Positions 25,131-34,860 of a stretch of 64,000 nt of DNA are shown piece by piece. The stretch lies in IMG/VR virus record IMGVR_UViG_3300002461_000585, positions 528 through 64,527 of that record; one strand, given 5' to 3'. The stretch is from a virus. Under the pieces are notes generated by a model. That model ran no database searches and had not been told where the DNA came from. It saw nothing but the letters and a program-made list of their open reading frames with translations. A program made the position numbers and the translations under genes. Positions within the stretch are counted from its first letter, which is position 1. Every line of letters begins with the position of its first letter.

Positions 25131-26108
25131 ATGCCAGGACCAGCATTCCCCCACGAAGAGTTCGATCCGGACTTTGACAACATCACCACCGGCGAAGGCG
25201 ACATCGAAGTCGATCTTCCCGGCCCCCGAGACGACGACATCGAGCTCGAAATCGTCGACGACACCCCGGCGGCCGACAAGAAGGCCAAGCCCCTGAACCG
25301 CGAGGTGGCCGAGCCCACCGACGAGGAACTCGCCAGCTACGGCATGAAGGCGCGCAGTCGCATCGGTGAACTGACGCACGCACGCCACGACGAGCGCCGC
25401 AAGCGCGAGGCCCTGGAGCGCGAGCACACCGAACTGATCAACGCGGCGCGGGCCATGCAGGACGAGAACGCCCGTCTGCGCAAGGCCTACGAAGAGGGCT
25501 CGCAGGAGTACTCCAAGGTGACGGTGGCCAGCGTCGAGGCCGAGGTCAAGAGCGCGTTGGAGAAGCTGCGCAAGGCCAACGAGACCCTGGACCCCGACGA
25601 GATCACGTCAGCGCAGGAAGCGCTCACTGACGCCAAGATCAAGCTGGTGCAAGCGAAAAACTTTCGCGCACCTGTTGTGCCGGCGGCTCGCGATGTGGTA
25701 CAAACGCGGCAAGCAGACACCGATCCGGCGCCTGCGGACCCGAAGCTGAACGCCTGGATGCGTCAGAACTCGTGGTTCACCGCCCCGGACAAGGTTGCTG
25801 AGACCAGCTTCGCACTGGGGCTGCACCAGGAACTCGTGCAAAAGGGCTTCACTGCAGGCAGTGACGCCTACTACGAGCAAATCGATGCTCGCATGCAGAA
25901 GGTCTTCCCGGATCTGTACTCCAAATCCGGTGCAACAGACGACGAGCCAGCACCACGCCGCAAGACCACCTCTCCCGTGGCAGCGGTTGAGCGCACACCG
26001 GCCGGCAAACGTCGCGTCACCATGACGCAGTCGCAGCTGAACCTGTGCAAAAAGCTCGGAATCACCCCGCAGCAATACGCTGCTCAAGTTGCATCGAAAG
26101 GAGCCTGA
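25131..26108 (+). CDS. Putative capsid scaffolding protein
   Basis: Acidic N-terminus, coiled-coil, position before the capsid genes. Confidence 0.7.
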   Translation: MPGPAFPHEEFDPDFDNITTGEGDIEVDLPGPRDDDIELEIVDDTPAADKKAKPLNREVAEPTDEELASYGMKARSRIGELTHARHDERRKREALEREHTELINAARAMQDENARLRKAYEEGSQEYSKVTVASVEAEVKSALEKLRKANETLDPDEITSAQEALTDAKIKLVQAKNFRAPVVPAARDVVQTRQADTDPAPADPKLNAWMRQNSWFTAPDKVAETSFALGLHQELVQKGFTAGSDAYYEQIDARMQKVFPDLYSKSGATDDEPAPRRKTTSPVAAVERTPAGKRRVTMTQSQLNLCKKLGITPQQYAAQVASKGA

Positions 26109-26110
26109 TC

Positions 26111-26554
26111 ATGGCAAGCCGCACCCCTCGCGAGATCGAAACTCGCGCTGACGAAGAACGATTCGAATACACGCCTCCAGACCAACTCCCCACGCCACGC
26201 GCGGAGCCAGGATGGGCCTACCGATGGGTAGCCACTCATGTGCTCAACGAAGCGGCTGGCCGAAATGTCTCGCAGAAGTTCCGGGACGGATGGGTTCCGG
26301 CAAAGGCAGCGGATCACCCCGAGATGAAGCACCTTGAGTCCAAGGACGGCAACATCGAAGTGGGCGGCCTGATGCTCTGCAAGAACGAGGAAGAGAAGGT
26401 CGATGCTCGCCGACGGTTCTATGCGAACAAGAACGCGCAGCAGATGGCGTCTGTGGACGAACAGTTCATGGCACAGAACAACCCCCTGATGCCCAAGTTC
26501 CGGAAGACGAAGTCGACTGTGAGCAAGGGCCGGGGATTCGGCAACGGAAGTTAA
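26111..26554 (+). CDS. Conserved head-region hypothetical protein (147 aa)
   Basis: GGAG RBS; IEVGGLMLCK motif. Confidence 0.75.
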   Translation: MASRTPREIETRADEERFEYTPPDQLPTPRAEPGWAYRWVATHVLNEAAGRNVSQKFRDGWVPAKAADHPEMKHLESKDGNIEVGGLMLCKNEEEKVDARRRFYANKNAQQMASVDEQFMAQNNPLMPKFRKTKSTVSKGRGFGNGS

Positions 26555-26566
26555 AGGAGTTTCTCC

Positions 26567-27160
26567 ATGTCCCTCACTGCAGCACCTTACGGCCTGCGCC
26601 CGGTCAAACGGGCGGATGGCATGCCCTACGCTGGCGCCGTCGAAGAGTTTCGCATCGACCCTGCGGGCCTTGCCAGCAACATTTTCAACGGCATGATCGT
26701 GTCGATCAGCGCGGCCGGCTACATCACCCCGGTGACGGCCACGGGCGCCGACGGCACCACCAACGCGTTCCCGGCAGGCACCATCGGCGTCTTCACCGGC
26801 TGCGCGTACTTCAACGCGCAGGGCCAGTTCGTCAACAGCCAGTACTACCCCTCCGGCACCACCGGCGTGGTCAAGGCACAGGTGGTTGTCGACCCCGACG
26901 TGGTCTTCCAGGCACAACTGGACGGCACCGTGACGCAAGCTGCACTGGGGGCCAACACCTTCCTGGCCGCAGCCCAGTCGACCAGCACCGGCAGCACCCG
27001 CACCGGCAACTCGACCAGCGCGCTGGAGAGCACCGTGCAGACCGCTGCAGCTGCGTTCCGCATCGTCGGCTTCGCATCTCCTGTGGGCGACGCGTTCCCC
27101 GATGTGTTGGTCAAGTTCAACCCTGGCCAGCACAGCTACACCAACGCCGTCGGCATCTAA
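26567..27160 (+). CDS. Putative capsid decoration/minor head protein
   Basis: AAGGAG RBS; APYGLRPV start; precedes the major capsid gene. Confidence 0.65.
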   Translation: MSLTAAPYGLRPVKRADGMPYAGAVEEFRIDPAGLASNIFNGMIVSISAAGYITPVTATGADGTTNAFPAGTIGVFTGCAYFNAQGQFVNSQYYPSGTTGVVKAQVVVDPDVVFQAQLDGTVTQAALGANTFLAAAQSTSTGSTRTGNSTSALESTVQTAAAAFRIVGFASPVGDAFPDVLVKFNPGQHSYTNAVGI

Positions 27161-27172
27161 GGAGCACACACC

Positions 27173-28081
27173 ATGGCAATCTCTCGCGCACAAATGCTCA
27201 AGGAACTTCTGCCCGGCCTGAACGCCCTGTTCGGTCTGGAGTACAAGAAGTACGCCGAGGAGCACAAGGAAATCTTCGAAACCGAGTCGAGCGATCGATC
27301 TTTCGAAGAAGAGACCAAGCTGGCCGGCTTCAGCGCCGCCCCGGTGAAGTCCGAAGGCGCCGCAATGGCCTACGACAACGCCCAGGAAGCATTCACCTCG
27401 CGCTACGTGCACGAGACCGTGGTGCTCGGTTTCTCCATCACCGAAGAGGCGATGGAAGACAACCTGTACGCGTCCCTCTCGGGCCGCTACACCAAGGCGC
27501 TGGCTCGCTCCATGGCGCACACCAAGCAGGTCAAGGCCGCGGCCATCCTGAACAACGGCTTCGATCCTGCCTTCGCCGGTGGTGACGGTGTCGAACTGTT
27601 CTCGACGCTGCACCCCCTGGTCGGTGGTGGCGTGAACTCCAACGAGCCTGCAACCGCTTCGGACCTCAACGAGACCGCTCTGGAAAACGCTGTGATCCAG
27701 ATCTCGCAGTGGACCGACGAGAAGGGGCTGTTGATCGCAGCCCGGCCGATGAAGGCCGTCGTGCCTTCCCAGCTGCAGTTCGTGATCGAGCGCCTGATGA
27801 AGACCGAGCTTCGCGTCGCGACGGCCGACAACGACATCAACGCGTTGAAGTCCACCGGCTCGATCCCGCAGGGCTATCGCATCAACCACTACCTGACCGA
27901 TCCGGACGCGTGGTTCCTGATGACCGACGTGCCCAACGGCCTGAAGCACTTCGAGCGCGTGGCGATGAAAACTGGATCCGACACTGATTTTGACACAGGG
28001 AACATGCGTTACAAAGCTCGCGAGCGGTACTCCTTTGGATGGAGTGACCCACTTGGTGTCTTTGGTTCCCCTGGAGCTTAA
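27173..28081 (+). CDS. Major capsid protein
   Basis: MAISRAQMLKELLPGLNALFGLEY motif; followed by a strong terminator. Confidence 0.9.
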   Translation: MAISRAQMLKELLPGLNALFGLEYKKYAEEHKEIFETESSDRSFEEETKLAGFSAAPVKSEGAAMAYDNAQEAFTSRYVHETVVLGFSITEEAMEDNLYASLSGRYTKALARSMAHTKQVKAAAILNNGFDPAFAGGDGVELFSTLHPLVGGGVNSNEPATASDLNETALENAVIQISQWTDEKGLLIAARPMKAVVPSQLQFVIERLMKTELRVATADNDINALKSTGSIPQGYRINHYLTDPDAWFLMTDVPNGLKHFERVAMKTGSDTDFDTGNMRYKARERYSFGWSDPLGVFGSPGA

Positions 28082-28094
28082 TACCCAGGTACTC

Positions 28095-28120
28095 AAAAAG
28101 CCCACTTCGGTGGGCTTTTT
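28095..28120 (+). terminator. Bidirectional intrinsic terminator with cUUCGg loop
   Basis: aaaaagccca-cttcgg-tgggcttttt. Confidence 0.9.
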
Positions 28121-28190
28121 CACGTCTGCCTGCAGTACTGTTTAAGTTAAGGTACAATAAGCGTTCCCCGTATCAAAACAGGAAAAAACC

Positions 28191-28676
28191 ATGGCCCGTG
28201 GCATTTACAAAACCATCAACAGCGTCTCGAACAGCTTTTACATTGGCACCGCCCCAACGCTGGGGTGGTCGGGGGAGAAAAGCCCTACTTGGGGTCGGAA
28301 AAGGACGCCCGAGGAACTCGCCGCGCAAAACTGGGCGGGGCGCACACACACGAACAGCGCCAAAGAAAAGATCGCTGCGCACCTGCGCGGCAAGCCCAAG
28401 GCGGCCGAAGTCCGTGCCAAGATCAGCGCATCTCTCAGCGGCGAGAAGAACTTCTGGTACGGAAAAACCCGGCCGGATCACGGCGCCAAGGTCCAGAAGG
28501 CGATCGACGCAACCGCACCCGACGGCACGCACGCGCGCGCGCGCTTCGACAGCATTACGGCGCTGCGCCAGGGCCTCTCGCTGCTCCCGTCGACAGTGAA
28601 CAACGCCCTGAAGTCCGGCAAGCCCCTGGCGCGCGGCCCAAAGAAGGGTTGGCGCTTTGCGTACGCGATGACATAA
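28191..28676 (+). CDS. GIY-YIG/NUMOD3 homing endonuclease remnant lacking the catalytic core
   Basis: GIYKTIN...FYIG followed immediately by NUMOD3-type repeats (HT..AKEKI, RAKISASLSGEKNFWYGK). Confidence 0.7.
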   Translation: MARGIYKTINSVSNSFYIGTAPTLGWSGEKSPTWGRKRTPEELAAQNWAGRTHTNSAKEKIAAHLRGKPKAAEVRAKISASLSGEKNFWYGKTRPDHGAKVQKAIDATAPDGTHARARFDSITALRQGLSLLPSTVNNALKSGKPLARGPKKGWRFAYAMT

Positions 28677-28768
28677 TGCCTCACCCCCGGGATCTTTTTT
28701 GGCCCTGCACGACTGGCCCGGCAGACGATCATGCAGACTGCAGGGCGCCACGCATGTGAGGTTTCATC

Positions 28769-29014
28769 ATGGGACGTACCACCTTCTCGGGCCCCGTCGC
28801 ATCTGACAACGGCTTTATCGGCGCCGTTGTTGGCGCCGTTGTTGGCGCAGTCCAGCTGCCCGTTAGCACCACCGCCGCTCTGCCGGTGCTTACCGTGGCC
28901 GACGCGGGCACCATTCGCGCCGTGCGCGACAACGGGGTGGGCAACAACGAGTACTGCGTGGTTCTCTGGACCGGTGCTGCCTGGGTCACTGCCGTCGGCG
29001 CAGCCCTCAGCTGA
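28769..29014 (+). CDS. Small virion-region protein (MGRTTFSGPV...)
   Basis: GAGG RBS; 12-bp duplication GAVVGAVV. Confidence 0.7.
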   Translation: MGRTTFSGPVASDNGFIGAVVGAVVGAVQLPVSTTAALPVLTVADAGTIRAVRDNGVGNNEYCVVLWTGAAWVTAVGAALS

Positions 29015-29026
29015 TAGGAGCCCACC

Positions 29027-29311
29027 ATGGGTGTCCAAACCGACGTCAAGGCGCTACGCATCAACGCGACCGGCACCGCGCTGGACTTTCGCACGCGGAT
29101 CAAGGCGGTGTACGTCTCGTCTGCCGCTACAGCGGGCTCTCTGACGCTGCGGGACGGCGGTGCCAGCGGTGCTACCGAACTCGTGATCGACACGCCTGCC
29201 AGTGCGACAGACCCTGTCTACATCCTGCTGCCCGGCGAAGGCATTCTGTTTGGCACCAACGTGCACGCCACGCTGACCGCCGCAACCTCCGCCACGCTGG
29301 TGTACGGCTGA
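29027..29311 (+). CDS. Small structural-region protein (94 aa)
   Basis: AGGAG RBS; beta-rich. Confidence 0.75.
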   Translation: MGVQTDVKALRINATGTALDFRTRIKAVYVSSAATAGSLTLRDGGASGATELVIDTPASATDPVYILLPGEGILFGTNVHATLTAATSATLVYG

Positions 29312-29330
29312 TCAACCCAAAGGAAATACC

Positions 29331-29534
29331 ATGGCCACGAAAAAAGAACGCCCCGCCTTCATGATGAAGGGCAAGTCCGCACCAGCCAAGAAGGCTGCCG
29401 GCGGCAAAAAGGCGATGCCCATGATGGCCCCGCCCTTCGGCAAGAAAATGCCTGCCAAGAAGTATGCCGAGGGCGGCGAAGTGCGTGGCTACGGCGCGGC
29501 GCGCAAACCTTCGGGCGGCTGCAAGGGGGCGTAA
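29331..29534 (+). CDS. Small Lys/Ala-rich basic protein with YAEGG motif
   Basis: AAGGA RBS. Confidence 0.7.
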   Translation: MATKKERPAFMMKGKSAPAKKAAGGKKAMPMMAPPFGKKMPAKKYAEGGEVRGYGAARKPSGGCKGA

Positions 29535-29537
29535 CCC

Positions 29538-30218
29538 ATGGCCACCTCGGGAACGACGGGCTTCACGCTCGAGTTGACAGAAATACTCGAAGAGGCGGCG
29601 GAGCGTTGCGGCTACGAGTTGCGCACCGGCTACGACTTCAAGACGGCGCGGCGCAGCCTGAACCTGCTGTTCGCCGACTGGGCGAACAAGGGTCTGAATA
29701 TGTGGACCTTCGAGCAGCTGACGATCCCCCTCGTGGCCGGCACGGACACCTACGACCTGCCGGTGGACACCGTCGACATCCTGGACGCCACCATTCGCAC
29801 GGGAACGGGCGCCACGCAGTCCGATCTGGTGATCTCGCGCATCCCGTTGCCGACCTACCAATCGATCCCCAACAAGACGACGCAGGGTCGGCCTATCCAG
29901 ATGTTCATCCAGCGGTACATCGTGCCCCAGGTGACGTTCTGGCCGGTCCCAGACAGCAGCACGCCCTACACCTTCGTCTACTGGCGCCTGCGCCGCATCG
30001 AGGACGCCGGCAACGGGGTCAACACCCAGGACCTGCCCTTCCGGTTCTTGCCGGCCATGGTCGCGGGGCTCGCCTACTACCTCAGCATGAAGTTGCCCGG
30101 CGGCATGGAGCGCATGGGCGCACTGAAGGCCGTCTACGACGAGACCATGCAGATGGCCATGGACGAGGACCGCGACAAGGCACCCATGCGGCTTGTGCCC
30201 TACGTGGGGCGGATGTGA
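29538..30218 (+). CDS. Putative head-tail adaptor / tail tubular protein A
   Basis: EEAAERCG...TARRSLNLLFADWAN motif; position. Confidence 0.7.
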   Translation: MATSGTTGFTLELTEILEEAAERCGYELRTGYDFKTARRSLNLLFADWANKGLNMWTFEQLTIPLVAGTDTYDLPVDTVDILDATIRTGTGATQSDLVISRIPLPTYQSIPNKTTQGRPIQMFIQRYIVPQVTFWPVPDSSTPYTFVYWRLRRIEDAGNGVNTQDLPFRFLPAMVAGLAYYLSMKLPGGMERMGALKAVYDETMQMAMDEDRDKAPMRLVPYVGRM

Positions 30219-30268
30219 TGTGCTCAAGATTCCGACAGCTGCGGTACACTCTTCCTAAAGGAGCGTGT

Positions 30269-30862
30269 ATGAACCAGTACCTGTTGAATCGAGTCCGTTT
30301 TGTTTCGGTGTCTGACGTGTGCGGGGTCTACTTGCTGACGGACACCGTGCGCGGAAGCACATACGTGGGGGCCTCGAAGCGGGTTAAGACGCGCGTTGGG
30401 CAACACTTTTCGGCCATGGAGAAGCAAGATCCCGGCGCTACGTACCGGAACTTCAAGCAGACTTTTGCCGAGCAAGGCCCAAAAGCTTTTGATGTCCGTC
30501 TACTGCAAGAATGTTCCGCGCAGGGGCTGGCGGAGGCGGAGCGGAAGTGGATCGCGGAGCTACAGCCCAGTGAGAACTCATATGCGTGCGTTGATGGTCG
30601 GCGTGTGTATGACGAAGAGGTGCGTGGTAAGAAGTCGAGAATCGTGGCGGAGCTTTGGGCCACGCCGGGATACCGTGAAAAAGCCGTAGCTGCACGCAAA
30701 GGCAAGGCATATGCTACGGGCTACCGGTGCACTCCAGAGCAGCGCTTGAACAGGCAGAAAGCGGCCCGTATTTCCAACATGAAGCGCAACTACGCAGACC
30801 AGTGGCAGCAAGAGTACCTTCGTCGATACCCGCAGCACGCAGGGGACATACATGTCAATTAG
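30269..30862 (+). CDS. GIY-YIG (Seg-like) homing endonuclease
   Basis: GVYLL...YVGAS..V..R...H...E..W...N motif order intact; AAGGAG RBS. Confidence 0.8.
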   Translation: MNQYLLNRVRFVSVSDVCGVYLLTDTVRGSTYVGASKRVKTRVGQHFSAMEKQDPGATYRNFKQTFAEQGPKAFDVRLLQECSAQGLAEAERKWIAELQPSENSYACVDGRRVYDEEVRGKKSRIVAELWATPGYREKAVAARKGKAYATGYRCTPEQRLNRQKAARISNMKRNYADQWQQEYLRRYPQHAGDIHVN

Positions 30863-31103
30863 GTACGCTTCGGGTAAGTGGGCCCATGGCTACTGCGATC
30901 AATGCGGCTTCCGCTACCAGTTGAGCGCGCTGCGCGAAGAGTACGTGCAGGGCCGCCCGACCGGCATTCGCGCGTGCCCCACCTGCTACGATCCGGACCA
31001 CCCGCAGAACTGGCTCGACCGCACGCCCGTGGACGACCCGCAGGCGCTGCGCAACCCGCGTCCTGATCCTGCACTGGCCGAGTCTCGAGAGATCCCACCA
31101 TGA
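30852..31103 (+). CDS. Small Zn-finger virion-region protein (CDQC...CPTC...DHPQ)
   Basis: Two CxxC; DPQALRNPRPD motif. Confidence 0.75.
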   Translation: MSIRYASGKWAHGYCDQCGFRYQLSALREEYVQGRPTGIRACPTCYDPDHPQNWLDRTPVDDPQALRNPRPDPALAESREIPP

Positions 31104-31729
31104 ACTACGCCGAACTCACCGCGCGCGTGCAGGAGATCGTGGAGAACAGCTTCACGGACAAGCAGCTTGCGCTTTTCTGCCGGCAGACCGAGCAGAAGGC
31201 CTTCAACACGGTGCAGCCGCCGGTGCTGCGCGCCAACGTGACCGGCGCGGTGTCGCGGAACAACCCGTACCTCTCTGGCCCGCCGGGGTTCCTGTACGTG
31301 TTCTCCATGGCCGTGATCCGCGCGGACGGCAGCTACGAGTACCTGCTGAACAAGGACGTCAACTACATCCGCGAGGCGTACCCCTTCCCGCCCACCACCG
31401 GGCAACCCAAGGCCTACGCGCAGTTCGACGCAGACACCTTCATCCTGGGCCCGACGCCCGACACGAACTACAGCGTCGAGCTCCACTATGCCAAGTACCC
31501 CGAGTCCATCGTCACGGCAGGCACCAGCTGGCTGGGCGACAATATGGACTCCGTGCTGCTCAACGGCATGTGCCTGGAGGCCGCGCGCTTCCTGCAGATG
31601 GACGCCGACATCATCACGCTCTACGGCAAGATGTTCGATGGCGCCGTGGCAGACCTCAAGCAGCTGGCCGACGCCAAGCTGCGCCAAGACACATACCGCA
31701 CAGGGCAGGTGCGGATCCCAACGCGGTAA
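31100..31729 (+). CDS. Phage adaptor / head-closure protein
   Basis: MNYAEL...Q start; GQPKAYA, GPTPD motifs. Confidence 0.7.
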   Translation: MNYAELTARVQEIVENSFTDKQLALFCRQTEQKAFNTVQPPVLRANVTGAVSRNNPYLSGPPGFLYVFSMAVIRADGSYEYLLNKDVNYIREAYPFPPTTGQPKAYAQFDADTFILGPTPDTNYSVELHYAKYPESIVTAGTSWLGDNMDSVLLNGMCLEAARFLQMDADIITLYGKMFDGAVADLKQLADAKLRQDTYRTGQVRIPTR

Positions 31730-31738
31730 GGAGCCGAC

Positions 31739-32260
31739 ATGATCGAGAAAACCAAAGCAGGCGGCGTCTACACCATCGTGTGCCGGGACCGCAACGGCGT
31801 CGAGAAGTGGCGCATGCAGGAGCACCACAACCTCGTGGTCAACGGCGGCCTGAAGGACATGAACGACAAGTACTTCCTCGGAGTGGCTTACACCGCCGAG
31901 TGGTACCTGGGGCTCTACGGCGCAGCCGTCTCGAACAACCCCGCAGCGGGGGACACCGCGGCCTCGCACGCGGGCTGGACCGAGGTCACGCCGTACGCCA
32001 ACGCCACACGCGTGCAAGCTGTTTTTGCCGCTGCCAGCACGGCTGACCCATCGGTGATCACCAACGCGGCATCGCCGGCCATCTTCAACATCAACGCCAT
32101 CGGCACCGTGGGCGGGGCGTTCCTGATCTCCAACAGCACCAAGAGCGGCACCACCGGCGTCCTCTTCTCGGCTTCCGACTTCGCTTCTCCCGGGGACCGC
32201 AACGTCAATGTTGGCGACACTTTGAGCGTAACCTATACTTTTAGCCTGGACGCGGCCTGA
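31739..32260 (+). CDS. Tail-associated structural protein
   Basis: HNLVVNGG...GDTLSVTY pattern. Confidence 0.7.
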   Translation: MIEKTKAGGVYTIVCRDRNGVEKWRMQEHHNLVVNGGLKDMNDKYFLGVAYTAEWYLGLYGAAVSNNPAAGDTAASHAGWTEVTPYANATRVQAVFAAASTADPSVITNAASPAIFNINAIGTVGGAFLISNSTKSGTTGVLFSASDFASPGDRNVNVGDTLSVTYTFSLDAA

Positions 32261-32272
32261 TAGGAGAAAGGC

Positions 32273-32761
32273 ATGAGCACGCTCGGCGGATGGGGCTCTG
32301 GGCCCTGGGGCGGCTCGGCATGGGGGAAGTCGTATTTCCTCGGGGATCTGGTCGAGGGTGCGCAGGGCGCGGACGCGATTGCAGGCTCCTTCAACGTGGA
32401 CCGCAGCGTGTCCGAGGGCGCGACGGTTGCAGAGGTGCTGCTGGACGCCCGGCAGGGCTTCTTCACCGAGGTCGACGAGCGGGTAAATACGATCGACAAC
32501 CGCCCGCTGGCGGGCTGGGCGTACAGCATCTTTTTGGCCGAAGGGGCCTCGGCAGCGGATGCAGTTCGCAGCAACGTCCGCTTCGAGGTCGAGATCGCAG
32601 AGAACACCACCGCACGCGACCCGCTGAGTGCCAAGTACTTGTGGGACCCCGTGAGTGACAATCAGGACCCGAACTGGCAGAATGTGGCCGACACGCAGAC
32701 ACCTGGGTGGACCCCTGTGGACGACGCGCAAGGCCCTGGCTGGACCGACATCAACCCTTGA
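32273..32761 (+). CDS. Tail-associated hypothetical protein
   Basis: GWG.GPWG N-terminus; W-spaced C-terminal repeats. Confidence 0.7.
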   Translation: MSTLGGWGSGPWGGSAWGKSYFLGDLVEGAQGADAIAGSFNVDRSVSEGATVAEVLLDARQGFFTEVDERVNTIDNRPLAGWAYSIFLAEGASAADAVRSNVRFEVEIAENTTARDPLSAKYLWDPVSDNQDPNWQNVADTQTPGWTPVDDAQGPGWTDINP

Positions 32762-32770
32762 GGACACGAA

Positions 32771-33766
32771 ATGCCCAGCAGTTACACCCCCCTACTCCGA
32801 CTGGTTCTGCCGGTCACCGGCGAACTCACAGGAACGTGGGGCGACACCGTCAACAACGGCATCACCTCGCTGGTCGAGGACGCGGTGGCCGGCACTGCCT
32901 CGGTCGTCATGGCGGATGCCAACGTCACGCTATCGGCCAACAACGAGGCCCCCGACCAAGCCCGGTGCATGTTCATCGTGCTCTCAGGCGCCAACACCGC
33001 GCTGCGAGATGCGATCTGCCCAGCGCGGTCCAAACTCTACTTTGTCGTCAACAACACCACGGGCGGCCAGAGCATCCGTTTTAAGACTTCTGCGGGCACA
33101 GGGATCACCGTAGCCAACGGAAAAGCGGTGGTGTTGTACTGCGACGGCACCAACGTGCGCAATGCGATCAACTTCCTGACGGGCGACGTCACGGGGAATG
33201 TCACCGGCAACGTCACAGGAACCGCTGCAAACGTCACGGGCATTGTGGCGCTGGCCAACGGCGGCACAGGCGCAGCTACCCAAGGGCCAGCGCTGCAAAA
33301 CTTGGGCGCACTGGCGGCCGACACGCAGGCGAAGACGGCCACCTACACCGTGGTGGCGGGTGATCGAGGCGACGTCATCTGGTGCGATGGCACCTTCGAC
33401 CTGGACCTGACCGCTGCAACGACGCTGGCAGACGGCTTCAGTTTCGGCGTGGTCAACATCGGCACCGGCACCATCACGCTGGACCCCAACGGGGCGGAGT
33501 TGATCGACGGGCTGGCGTCCAAAGACATTGCGCCCGGGCAGTCCGCTTTCCTGATCACCGATGGCACTAGCTGGCGCACGGTGGGCTTGTCGGGCGGCGG
33601 GGCCAAGGGCGGGGGCGCGAATCAGATTTTCTACGAGAACGACCAGCTGGTGACCGCCAACTACACCGTGATTGCCACCAAGAACGCGGGCAGCTTCGGC
33701 CCCATTAAAATCGACACCGGGGTTACTGTGACCATCGCCACCGGCGCAACTTGGAGCATCGTATGA
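32771..33766 (+). CDS. Tail fibre protein (proximal segment)
   Basis: GTWGDTVN N-terminus, GNVT repeats, FYENDQ..TANYT C-terminus. Confidence 0.75.
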   Translation: MPSSYTPLLRLVLPVTGELTGTWGDTVNNGITSLVEDAVAGTASVVMADANVTLSANNEAPDQARCMFIVLSGANTALRDAICPARSKLYFVVNNTTGGQSIRFKTSAGTGITVANGKAVVLYCDGTNVRNAINFLTGDVTGNVTGNVTGTAANVTGIVALANGGTGAATQGPALQNLGALAADTQAKTATYTVVAGDRGDVIWCDGTFDLDLTAATTLADGFSFGVVNIGTGTITLDPNGAELIDGLASKDIAPGQSAFLITDGTSWRTVGLSGGGAKGGGANQIFYENDQLVTANYTVIATKNAGSFGPIKIDTGVTVTIATGATWSIV

Positions 33767-34092
33767 CATCAGTAATTCGCGGAAGCGACAACTTCGAAAC
33801 CGATGATCTTTTGGGCATCGGGCAGACGTATCAAAACGTCACAGCTAGTAGGGCCCTCAACACACTGTACACCAATACAACTAGCCGTCCTATTTTTGTT
33901 ACAGTATCACAAACAACGGGAAACGTTATTTTGGTGCCTTCAGTAGGTGGTGTTGATCTTGCAGGAGTTCCCGGCGCAGCTAACTCAAACGTGGCCCCTA
34001 CTACTTTCTTTATTGTCCCTCCGGGATTAACTTATCAAGTTAAAACTTCTGGGGCCGGACCAGTCCTTAATCAGTGGGTGGAGCTGCGATGA
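33763..34092 (+). CDS. Tail fibre distal/receptor-binding subunit (109 aa), AT-richer
   Basis: RALNTLYTNTTSRPIFVTV motif of fibre tips. Confidence 0.7.
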   Translation: MTSVIRGSDNFETDDLLGIGQTYQNVTASRALNTLYTNTTSRPIFVTVSQTTGNVILVPSVGGVDLAGVPGAANSNVAPTTFFIVPPGLTYQVKTSGAGPVLNQWVELR

Positions 34093-34442
34093 GCACTATT
34101 AAATTCAACCAATGGCAGAACCCCGACGGCACGGAAAACTACAAGTGCCGTGCTTGGGTCAACTTCAACGGCACCGGCACCGTGGCAATTCGTGCCAGCG
34201 GGAATGTGAGTTCGATCACGGATAACGGTACTGGCGACTACACGGTGAATTTTACCGCTGCATTTGCTGATGTGAATTACGCCCCCTCAATCACATGCTC
34301 TTCAGATGCCGCTACAGCAATGATGAGTTACATAAGTGGGCTTCCGGCTGTTTTAACTACTACCTCCGCAAGAATCGGTATTGCTACTTCCGGTGGTGCT
34401 GCCGCAGACCGTCAAGTAGTGTCTGCTCAATTCTTCCGTTAA
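34089..34442 (+). CDS. Tail fibre subunit (AWVNFNG...SITDNGTGDYTVNF)
   Basis: Motif shared with the next gene. Confidence 0.7.
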   Translation: MSTIKFNQWQNPDGTENYKCRAWVNFNGTGTVAIRASGNVSSITDNGTGDYTVNFTAAFADVNYAPSITCSSDAATAMMSYISGLPAVLTTTSARIGIATSGGAAADRQVVSAQFFR

Positions 34443-34454
34443 AGAGAGTAAATT

Positions 34455-34850
34455 ATGAGCACACTTAAAACAAACACTCTCAGTAACACCGCAGGTAGTC
34501 AGTCTATTCTGGTTGATCGGGTAGCACAAGGCACAGCGTTTGCATGGGTTAACTTTCAAGGCGCTGGCACCGTTTCTATCCGTCGATCCTACAATGTGAC
34601 TTCAATCACGGACAACGGTACGGGTGATTACACAGTCAATTTTACGACTGCGTGCCCCACCGCGAACTACACGGTCACGGGAGCATCGAGTTGGGTTCCG
34701 GGCGAAGAAGGCAACTTGCTTGTTCAGCAAGCATCTGTGGCTCCCGTGACCGGGAGTTCGCGAGTTGTGACAGGTGTACCGGGTACTGCGGGCACCACGG
34801 GCCTCACCGTGCGTGATGCATCCTATGTTCACGTTGTTTACCATCATTAA
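34455..34850 (+). CDS. Tail fibre subunit paralogue (AWVNFQG...SITDNGTGDYTVNF)
   Basis: Paralogous to 34089-34442. Confidence 0.7.
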   Translation: MSTLKTNTLSNTAGSQSILVDRVAQGTAFAWVNFQGAGTVSIRRSYNVTSITDNGTGDYTVNFTTACPTANYTVTGASSWVPGEEGNLLVQQASVAPVTGSSRVVTGVPGTAGTTGLTVRDASYVHVVYHH

Positions 34851-34860
34851 GGAGTTTCCC

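Noticed and set aside
28191-30862. Group I introns hosting the endonucleases
   Set aside because: Flanking genes are complete, with their own starts and stops; there is no split CDS or intron core.
33763-34850. Diversity-generating retroelement
   Set aside because: No reverse transcriptase is present. The paralogues differ at all base types and both are full ORFs, not an adenine-specific TR/VR pair.
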